This document shows positions 1 to 6,337 of a DNA stretch of 20,464 bases, piece after piece. The position numbers were made by a program, and so were the translations under genes. Below the pieces are notes generated by a model that saw only the letters and a list, made by a program, of their open reading frames with translations, made no database searches and was not told the DNA's origin. The stretch is from the IMG/VR virus record IMGVR_UViG_2667527839_000003, positions 1-20,464 of that record; one strand, 5' to 3'. Each line of letters opens with the position of its first letter. The stretch's first letter is position 1. The stretch comes from a virus (Duplodnaviria; Heunggongvirae; Uroviricota; Caudoviricetes).

Positions 1-561
1 ACCACCACCGGCCCCACCACCACCAACAATTTCAACAATAATAAATCTTGTGCCTTTTGTCGGAGTGTATGTACCTGAGCTTTTAAACACCTGACACCGT
101 ATAAGCATCCCGGAGCCATTTCCCAAACCAAGGTATGTGAGAATGTCAGCAATAGTATTTTTCCCAATAATGTCACGGCCAACAGAAGTTAAATCAGTCT
201 GAGCTGCTTTATCAGTTCCAGTGAAATACGGGAGTTTATTTGCACCAGTTGCTAGACCAGCCAATGCCGTCAGCGTGGCATCAAGCGCCTGGAAATCTTT
301 CCCAAAAGCGGTCCTCATTTTGGAGATAAACCCGTTCAGATCACCATCATCAAGAACGTCCAGCCCACTTTTGTTGGCCGTGTACTGTGCCAGTGCTGCC
401 GCAATAAAGCTGGCTTGCCGAATAGCTTTGTTGACCTGTGCGCTGGATGCTTTACCTGCCGTAAACCCTGAAAGCAGAGCCGGAAGTGCTTCCCAGTCAG
501 CTTGTGAGGTGACGTTAGCGTTCGGATCAAGCGCGAAAGGTTTAAAGTTGTTTATTGCCAT
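1..561 (-). CDS. Tail fiber protein, N-terminal 187 codons; gene continues beyond the window start
   Basis: ATG at 561..559 overlaps the TAA stop of the upstream gene (TAATG). The minus-strand frame is open to position 1. My translation begins MAINNFKPFALDPNANVTSQADWEALPALLSGFTAGKASS, which resembles conserved tail-fiber N-terminal anchor regions, and the gene sits last in the baseplate cluster. Not in the ORF track because it is truncated by the window edge. Confidence 0.65.
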   Translation of the reverse strand, partial: MAINNFKPFALDPNANVTSQADWEALPALLSGFTAGKASSAQVNKAIRQASFIAAALAQYTANKSGLDVLDDGDLNGFISKMRTAFGKDFQALDATLTALAGLATGANKLPYFTGTDKAAQTDLTSVGRDIIGKNTIADILTYLGLGNGSGMLIRCQVFKSSGTYTPTKGTRFIIVEIVGGGGAGGG

Positions 562-1241
562 TAGAGTATTGTCCCCCATGCTCCAACATCGAACCCGCCG
601 ATGTATTCGTTATCCATATCAAACCCAAAGAATTTAGAGCCCTCGGATGGTGCTTCTACCGAAGGCGTTTCAACATCACCGGCCCATACGCCAGCTGCTT
701 TAACGGTGAGATAGCCCTGTTTGATAGCGGCGATCAGTTCGAGAGACACATCAGAAATATCAGTTTCAGGGAAAACCCAGACCGAAATCGTCATGTCCTG
801 GTTGTCGACGATCTGCATCCTCAGGCCTGAGCCTGCGGTAGCAGCGTCAAGGATGGGAGGCAGAGAGTCGTTCCGACCGTCCCAGTTGTTGATAGCGATT
901 TTCGCTTTCAGAATGATGCGGTACGTCTCATCGCTTAGCGTCGTATAGCCAGAATCAGGATCATATGGCCCTTGCCAGATGCCCTGGTCATACCCAAGCC
1001 CGTCAGTGTCCCAGCTGAAATAAACTCCGCTAATTGGCTGGCTGACTATGCGACTGCGTCCGATCCACAGACCGAGGATGTCGAGCTGTACACCGACAGC
1101 AGTATCGATATCGAAGGCTGTTATAAGCCCTGACATAGTGCTGGACACATCAATCAGCGGGCGGGTGCTCAGATCTATATGGTCAAAAAAGAGTGGCTTG
1201 GTAGCGTGGTAGTTAGTGATCAGTTCGGTGTATTTGCTCAT
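561..1241 (-). CDS. Baseplate/tail protein in the Mu gp48 / P2 gpI position (DUF2612-like)
   Basis: 226-aa ORF directly downstream of the J-like gene and upstream of the tail fiber. Start overlaps the upstream stop. Assignment is by position and overall resemblance only. Confidence 0.6.
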   Translation of the reverse strand: MSKYTELITNYHATKPLFFDHIDLSTRPLIDVSSTMSGLITAFDIDTAVGVQLDILGLWIGRSRIVSQPISGVYFSWDTDGLGYDQGIWQGPYDPDSGYTTLSDETYRIILKAKIAINNWDGRNDSLPPILDAATAGSGLRMQIVDNQDMTISVWVFPETDISDVSLELIAAIKQGYLTVKAAGVWAGDVETPSVEAPSEGSKFFGFDMDNEYIGGFDVGAWGTIL

Positions 1242-2437
1242 GAGGTCACCGTGATACTGATATTCGCGGTGCTACAGGACGCCGAAGCATCATAGGCAAT
1301 ATCAATGTTTGATGCCGATACGCTGCCTGATGACTTACCGATCAGCAGGTCGGTAATATCGTAATAGCGGGCATTTCCGCCGCTCACCACGCCAAGGTTT
1401 GCCGGGGAATAAATACGGCTCAGCAGCACGTCGTCGCCAATTGTCAGGCCATTAATATAATCGGCAACAGCCTGTTTGATCTGCTCGCCGATTTGAGAGG
1501 TATACCAGGTAAAAACTTTCAGGGTAATGGCTACGAAAATCGGTACGTCGGTCGAGCGCGAAAAGTTAATGACGTGGGGATTACCGTAAGTATCTGGCAC
1601 CGTGACAGAAGTTTTCCCGTAAGTTGCTGTTCCCTGCCCTTTATTGCCCCTGATAGTCTGGGCGATTTCTGTCACATCACCGCCGTCAACAATCGCAGAA
1701 ATGGAATGAGGCGGCAGCCCGTTGCTATCTGTCGAGCCAGTGTCATTCTCGTACAGTTTGTGACGTGTCACGCCATTAACATTAGCAATAGCACCGTCGA
1801 CACCTTCAAACGGGGTGATTGACGGTAGCGCGACGCTCTGGCCCTGCCGGATGCGAAGCTCCGCGTCTGTCTCGGCCGGAGAACCAACCGTAGCCGCTGC
1901 TGGGTTGGTGACTGATACCCATCCGCGAGTCGGTGTGTTAATGGTGGTGATAGTCCCGGCCATCGCCGCAACCGAACCGCTATTCGCACATGTGGCCGTC
2001 ACCAGCACAGTACCATCAACGCCGATCGCTACACTTGCGGGAAAATTCCAGATAATGCCGTTTTTATCCCGTGCGGAGCCATTCGTGATAGTCGTGCCTG
2101 CCGTACCGGTTAACAGAAGGTCAGCAGTAGAGTTTGTCGCTACTTTTCGCGTGATCCCGTTAATTTTCACATTGCTGCTAAGCGCTGCGGCCTGCGCTGT
2201 CATCGGTGAAAACGAGTTGTAAATCTCGATAGCGGTGTTGTTAGCGTCATGCACGGCAAGAGCCACCAGCGCGACCATCTGCCCGTCTTTGCTGTCTGGT
2301 TCGAGGTAGGCATCACTACCGTAAATCTGCCTGAAATAGCTGGTCAGTGTATCTAGGATTGTCTGGTAATCAGGCGCACTAATCCCCTGGGCGGTTACCG
2401 TTGCCGATAGCCCCAGCGTGTCGAGGTTCAAAGCCAT
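1238..2437 (-). CDS. Baseplate J-like protein (baseplate wedge)
   Basis: 399-aa ORF, Thr/Gly/Ala-rich, in the Mu gp47 / P2 gpJ position between the small wedge protein and the gpI-like protein. The adjacent genes abut (stop 2438, start 2437). Confidence 0.7.
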   Translation of the reverse strand: MALNLDTLGLSATVTAQGISAPDYQTILDTLTSYFRQIYGSDAYLEPDSKDGQMVALVALAVHDANNTAIEIYNSFSPMTAQAAALSSNVKINGITRKVATNSTADLLLTGTAGTTITNGSARDKNGIIWNFPASVAIGVDGTVLVTATCANSGSVAAMAGTITTINTPTRGWVSVTNPAAATVGSPAETDAELRIRQGQSVALPSITPFEGVDGAIANVNGVTRHKLYENDTGSTDSNGLPPHSISAIVDGGDVTEIAQTIRGNKGQGTATYGKTSVTVPDTYGNPHVINFSRSTDVPIFVAITLKVFTWYTSQIGEQIKQAVADYINGLTIGDDVLLSRIYSPANLGVVSGGNARYYDITDLLIGKSSGSVSASNIDIAYDASASCSTANISITVTS

Positions 2438-2791
2438 TTATGCCTCGCTTGTTACAGTCGTCTGGCCGTAGATTGTGTCAATGGAGGAAGTGAAGGTGAC
2501 GCGACGGCTGGTGCCGTCATAATTGGTATCGAAGGAAAGAATCGACAGAACGCCCGGTGTATCCTGTATGCGTTCGCGTATAGCCAGGATGTAGACATCT
2601 GATCGCTGCTTCCCAAGCACCGACTGAACATACGGCGTGCCTTCCGTCAGATCGAGAAACCACTGACCGCGCCACAGCTCGAAGCGGGTTTTTACGGCCT
2701 GGGCGACACATTCCGGACTGTCGATAAGGAAAGTATCGTCACCCTGGCCGAAAGTGTAATCGCCTTCAGTATCTTCGCGACGGTATCGCAT
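2438..2791 (-). CDS. Small baseplate wedge protein (GPW / gp25-like position)
   Basis: 117-aa ORF between the spike and the J-like protein. Its ATG at 2791 shares one nucleotide with the upstream stop. Size and position match P2 gpW / Mu gp46. Confidence 0.55.
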   Translation of the reverse strand: MRYRREDTEGDYTFGQGDDTFLIDSPECVAQAVKTRFELWRGQWFLDLTEGTPYVQSVLGKQRSDVYILAIRERIQDTPGVLSILSFDTNYDGTSRRVTFTSSIDTIYGQTTVTSEA

Positions 2792-3531
2792 TATTGCGGC
2801 CCTCCGGTAGTTCCCCCGCCAGTCTGTACTCCGCCATGTTTATGCGTGGCGACACTGATACCAGAAGCTGTTACGTCATTCGTTACCGTCACCGGCCCAA
2901 GCATCGTCGCAGTACCGCCGCTTTCGCCCATTCCCTGAGACAAGTTGCCATTAATCGTTACGTTGCCGTTCAGCGTGATAGTCGGGGATGTGATTGTCGT
3001 TCCACCTTCAGCCGTAGCTGTAAGCTGGCCCGGTGTTTTAATGGTGATGTTATGTCCTGCGGCGACTTCTACAAACGCCGCACCATCATCGGTTCGCAGC
3101 TGCGCGGCGCTGGTACTGATACCGCTGATTTTCCGTGCTTGCGACTGCGGGCCAACGATGGCGAACGCATCAGATAAGTCATGCTGGCGCGGGTCGACGG
3201 TCTCCTGAACGCCGCCGCTCTGCCACCAAAAATCGATGCAACGGTCAGCAAAAATCAGGAGACACTCGTCGCCTTCTTTTACCGGAAAAGTCAGCGTGCA
3301 ACCGCCGCCGCGCGGAAAGATAACCGGCACATCCACCAGCGGTTTTAATTCGGTAGAGCCATCGCCAACAATACCGCGAAGCGCTACCTCTACCGTGCAG
3401 GTTACAGCGTCAGGATCGAACGACTGAATGATGCCAGGCATTGCTACGCGCATTTGGGTAGACACTGAATCGGCAATGGCCTGGGCGGTCTGCTGCTCGC
3501 CGCCGATCTGTGATTGAGTTGGAATTGGCAT
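2791..3531 (-). CDS. Baseplate central spike protein (P2 gpV / Mu gp45-like)
   Basis: 246 aa. N-terminal region (VDVPVIFPRGGGCTLTFPVKEGDECLLIF) looks like the gpV-type OB-fold domain; C-terminal third is Gly/Thr-rich with short repeats (TITSPTITLNGNVTINGNL, GGVQTGGGTTGG) typical of a spike beta-helix. GGGG Shine-Dalgarno-like sequence about 6 nt upstream of ATG 3531. Confidence 0.7.
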   Translation of the reverse strand: MPIPTQSQIGGEQQTAQAIADSVSTQMRVAMPGIIQSFDPDAVTCTVEVALRGIVGDGSTELKPLVDVPVIFPRGGGCTLTFPVKEGDECLLIFADRCIDFWWQSGGVQETVDPRQHDLSDAFAIVGPQSQARKISGISTSAAQLRTDDGAAFVEVAAGHNITIKTPGQLTATAEGGTTITSPTITLNGNVTINGNLSQGMGESGGTATMLGPVTVTNDVTASGISVATHKHGGVQTGGGTTGGPQ

Positions 3532-3542
3532 AAAAACCCCAT

Positions 3543-3566
3543 AAAAAAAGCCGCTGTATGCGGCTT
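3543..3566 (-). terminator. Rho-independent terminator downstream of the exported-protein pair
   Basis: Minus-strand RNA reads AAGCCGC-AUACA-GCGGCUU: a 7-bp stem (plus 3548-3554 pairing with 3560-3566) and 5-nt loop, running into a U-tract (plus A-run 3543-3549). It lies between the stop of the 128-aa gene (3585) and the spike gene RBS/ATG (3531). Confidence 0.6.
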
Positions 3567-3584
3567 ATCTAAAACATGTATATT

Positions 3585-3971
3585 TTAACCTATCTTATAA
3601 AGGTCAACTAATTTTAAAAAACCACCACTACCACAAGCTGTAAACCTAATAAAATAAGGCTCACCAATATTAATCATGCTATTAACTATATCGTTATCAT
3701 TTTTTGATAATTCTTCAAAGCCAGTAGGAATGACAAAAACTTTACTACCAACACCCTGGAATCTTATTAATTTTATAGTGGCTCCACTGTCAGAATACTG
3801 TGTTCCTTTTGCCACTGCCAAACCTTCATGAAGTTCACACCCCTCAAGATTGGCGTCGCTCAGTCCCTTCACTGACTGGCTACCCGTCAATTGATCATAA
3901 CTTATCTTAACTTCTGCATTCGAAATGAAAGATGTAAGCACCATCCCTAGCATAAGTAAAATTCGAATCAT
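3585..3971 (-). CDS. Exported small protein of unknown function (moron), AT-rich
   Basis: 128-aa ORF with an N-terminal Sec-type signal peptide (MIRILLMLGMVLTSFISNA then EVK). Two Cys in the mature part. Strong RBS (GAGGAAAAA before the ATG). About 37% GC by my hand count over 3601-3960, against 53-62% in flanking genes. Confidence 0.7.
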   Translation of the reverse strand: MIRILLMLGMVLTSFISNAEVKISYDQLTGSQSVKGLSDANLEGCELHEGLAVAKGTQYSDSGATIKLIRFQGVGSKVFVIPTGFEELSKNDNDIVNSMINIGEPYFIRFTACGSGGFLKLVDLYKIG

Positions 3972-3990
3972 TTTTTCCTCGATGTAGTAA

Positions 3991-4341
3991 TCAGTTAACT
4001 TTTATACAGTCGTAAGTAGCATACTGACGTGGAGCGTTCATGTTTGCTTGCAGCCACTGAGCGTTGAGAATGGCTTTGCCGTTACGCTTGATGTATTCGA
4101 GCCCTACCCACCGGCCAGGCTGGTCAGTAGCCATGCGCCATTCCATCTTAATGTTCTCGTAGTCTTCTTTTTGCTTAAGGAACGTTACCTTCTGACTTTC
4201 AGGCTTCGCACCGTTAATGCGTGCCCATCCATCATTTGTCGGGCTCGTGCCCAAGTGGAAAGGCCCACACTGGGAATCAGCATGAGCCACGCCCGCCAAG
4301 GCAAAAGAGCTGCAAGCAATCATCAGGATGAGTTTTTTCAT
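3991..4341 (-). CDS. Exported small protein of unknown function (moron)
   Basis: 116-aa ORF with N-terminal signal peptide (MKKLILMIACSSFALAGVAHA then DSQ; AXA-type cleavage site). Mature protein has Cys near each end (QCG near the N-terminus, YDC near the C-terminus). About 50% GC by hand count. ATG lies 3 nt after the stop of the upstream 353-aa gene with no obvious Shine-Dalgarno sequence. Confidence 0.7.
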   Translation of the reverse strand: MKKLILMIACSSFALAGVAHADSQCGPFHLGTSPTNDGWARINGAKPESQKVTFLKQKEDYENIKMEWRMATDQPGRWVGLEYIKRNGKAILNAQWLQANMNAPRQYATYDCIKVN

Positions 4342-4344
4342 TTT

Positions 4345-5406
4345 TTAAAACGTCCGGTTAAGTGATGCGTTACTCTGCAAATCGCGGCTGCCACGCGCGA
4401 AGCACATCAAATCCATGTACCACGCCTGACCTCTGGTGTCGCCAGTATAGTCGATAGCTTTGACGATATAAACGCCATCCGTCGCAATGCTGGCAGCCTG
4501 TGACGTCGTACCGATCAGCACACGGTTGCCGTTCTCTTCTGTTTCGGTGATACGCCCGGGCGACTGTGCGATTTCGCTATTGCCGAGCGCGACGCGGTAC
4601 ACCGAAGCCTGATCGAGCTGGATAAGACCATTAATACGGATGTTTGGGTTTATCAGGCACCGCACGTTTACGCCGCCGCCCATCGTTTGTTGCGGCATAC
4701 CGATCAGGCCAGTATCGGCATTCAACACAATGGCTTCGTGAATATATTTATCTTCAGGCACCATCTGGACCTGACCATCCACCAGTTGCCATGTTGCTTT
4801 ACACTGCGCAGCAATATTATCCATCACGTTGCGGGTGGATGAGTAAATCGCGCGGCCACGAGGAAACACGGTATCAGGAAAGTCACCGGTAATGCCCTGC
4901 GTCACGCCGAACGCGTTGAAATCCTGCATAGTCGCCCGGTGCAGGTCCGCAACGGTATAACCAGCGGCAAGCGTGGTGATGGTAGTCGCGTAGAGGAACG
5001 CTTCGTGGTTACTGATGGCCTGAATCAGCACCCAGGAATCGGTGATGTTGTCCTTCCCGGTGACGGTGAAGCGAATATCACCGTCAAATATCAGGCCGTA
5101 GTTCTGACCGTTCACCTGCCCTACCTGGTCTGGTGAAATCTCCCGGGCGACACCAACCTGGCTCGCATCAACATCCGGCGCAATACCGTCATACCCGGCA
5201 ATGATGCGAATTTTTGCAAACTCCTGCCCCAGTATCTTGTTCGTGGTATCGGTCGAAAGGTTGTAAATTTTCACGTTCGCCACTCGCGGCCAGCGTGTAT
5301 CTGCCCACTCGATCTGGAACGTGACCTTAAAATCAGACAGGGAAACGCCCTGCCCGTTCTGGTCCAACAGTTGCAGCTCAAAATGGCGCATCCAGTTAAG
5401 AGACAT
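4345..5406 (-). CDS. Baseplate hub-region protein (P2 gpD / Mu gp44 position)
   Basis: 353-aa ORF between the post-tape-measure proteins and the spike. Assignment is positional and by size; I see no diagnostic motif. Confidence 0.5.
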   Translation of the reverse strand: MSLNWMRHFELQLLDQNGQGVSLSDFKVTFQIEWADTRWPRVANVKIYNLSTDTTNKILGQEFAKIRIIAGYDGIAPDVDASQVGVAREISPDQVGQVNGQNYGLIFDGDIRFTVTGKDNITDSWVLIQAISNHEAFLYATTITTLAAGYTVADLHRATMQDFNAFGVTQGITGDFPDTVFPRGRAIYSSTRNVMDNIAAQCKATWQLVDGQVQMVPEDKYIHEAIVLNADTGLIGMPQQTMGGGVNVRCLINPNIRINGLIQLDQASVYRVALGNSEIAQSPGRITETEENGNRVLIGTTSQAASIATDGVYIVKAIDYTGDTRGQAWYMDLMCFARGSRDLQSNASLNRTF

Positions 5407-5408
5407 TT

Positions 5409-5714
5409 CTACTCCTGCACGAAAATGAGGTGGCTGTATATGCCGAGGTTGGTTTTGGTGGGCTCGTCCGGTGCGCCTACATCGCAGCCAACGAGCAGCG
5501 CCCCGTTAATACCTAGTTGAGGATATTGCTCAAGAAGATTTACACCGGTTACCAGCGGCACGCCAGAAAGAAGCGGTTCGCCACTGCTATCTTGTACATC
5601 CAGAATCCAGCCAGCAGAATCACGCCAAATGACTCTCAGCGTGTATGTTGTCTCTGCTAACTGAATGCGAAATAGCTGGTTATCCGGCGATAAAGGGATT
5701 TCAGTTACATTCAT
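5409..5714 (-). CDS. Small tail/baseplate assembly protein, unassigned
   Basis: 101-aa ORF tightly packed between the 208-aa and 353-aa genes (start overlaps upstream stop at 5711-5714) in the same operon frame context. Confidence 0.45.
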   Translation of the reverse strand: MNVTEIPLSPDNQLFRIQLAETTYTLRVIWRDSAGWILDVQDSSGEPLLSGVPLVTGVNLLEQYPQLGINGALLVGCDVGAPDEPTKTNLGIYSHLIFVQE

Positions 5715-6337
5715 TGGATACCTATAGAGTTACCAAGACTGGTTCCTTTTAGTCCATCAAACCACCCTGTTGACTTAATTACCGATTCATTTACTGGGGT
5801 GGTGGATTTAGTCCCGGAATTCTGCACCGCAGATGTACTAACCCCGTCCTGCATATCCGACTTATCTGCGACCTGCTTTTTAAATGTCTGCGACATGATC
5901 ACTTCACGCAGGGTAAGCGTGCAGTTCAGCACGTTCTCGCTGGTTTTATCGGTCGTCACCTCAATGGCACGCACCAGCATATTGGTGTACACCCTCTTCC
6001 CGGTAACCACATCGAACGGTACGCGCTCAAGCTGCATATCCAGCAGCTTTTGGTATGTCTCCTTTGGGCTAAGCCCAGCGCTAAGACCGATTGAAGATGT
6101 ATCAATGAAGTCCAGCAACGAACCGCCACCAGCGAAGCCGCATTCCATTGTGACTTCGCTGGGGCGCTTATACGCATGATCGGCGATGAAACCCGAGGCG
6201 CTATTCGTTGTTGGCTTCTCCACCGGGTGCTCAGTAATTTCGAGCGCATCAGAATGCTTTTCGGAAACGACCACGCTGGGGATCAGCAGGCCAATTCGCC
6301 GTGATTGCTGGCGAAAAATCGCTGATAAAATATCCAT
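5711..6337 (-). CDS. Tail protein immediately downstream of the tape measure gene, unassigned
   Basis: 208-aa ORF whose start (6337) coincides with the stop of the tape measure gene. Position corresponds to the post-TMP tail/baseplate assembly genes of Mu-like and P2-like tails. Confidence 0.45.
   Translation of the reverse strand: MDILSAIFRQQSRRIGLLIPSVVVSEKHSDALEITEHPVEKPTTNSASGFIADHAYKRPSEVTMECGFAGGGSLLDFIDTSSIGLSAGLSPKETYQKLLDMQLERVPFDVVTGKRVYTNMLVRAIEVTTDKTSENVLNCTLTLREVIMSQTFKKQVADKSDMQDGVSTSAVQNSGTKSTTPVNESVIKSTGWFDGLKGTSLGNSIGIQ

Noticed and set aside
1-30. Glycine-rich GGGGAGGG stretch at the window edge as a nucleotide-binding P-loop
   Set aside because: It lacks the following Lys-Ser/Thr of a Walker A motif as far as the window shows, and it sits in a tail fiber where Gly-rich linkers are common.
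3991-4341. 116-aa exported protein as a Cor/Llp-type superinfection-exclusion lipoprotein
   Set aside because: The only early Cys (position 10, in MIAC) follows too short a hydrophobic segment for a lipoprotein signal. The sequence instead has a typical signal peptidase I site (VAHA|D). Function may still be exclusion-related, but it is not a recognisable lipoprotein.
3991-4341. 116-aa exported protein as an MliC/PliC-type lysozyme inhibitor
   Set aside because: It shares only the general layout (Cys near both ends of a roughly 95-aa periplasmic protein). I cannot find the conserved S-x-S-G-A-x-Y and Y-x-x-x-T-K-G motifs, so the idea is unsupported without a profile search.
3585-4341. The exported pair as an AB5-toxin B subunit or toxin-immunity pair
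   Set aside because: No adjacent A-subunit or enzymatic partner gene, no recognisable toxin motif, and the two proteins do not resemble each other. Pure speculation from size and signal peptides.
4342-4420. A sigma-70 promoter for the exported-protein pair inside the 3' end of the hub gene
   Set aside because: Only a weak TTGCAG -35-like hexamer with no convincing -10 element at proper spacing. Independent expression of the insert cannot be shown from sequence alone.
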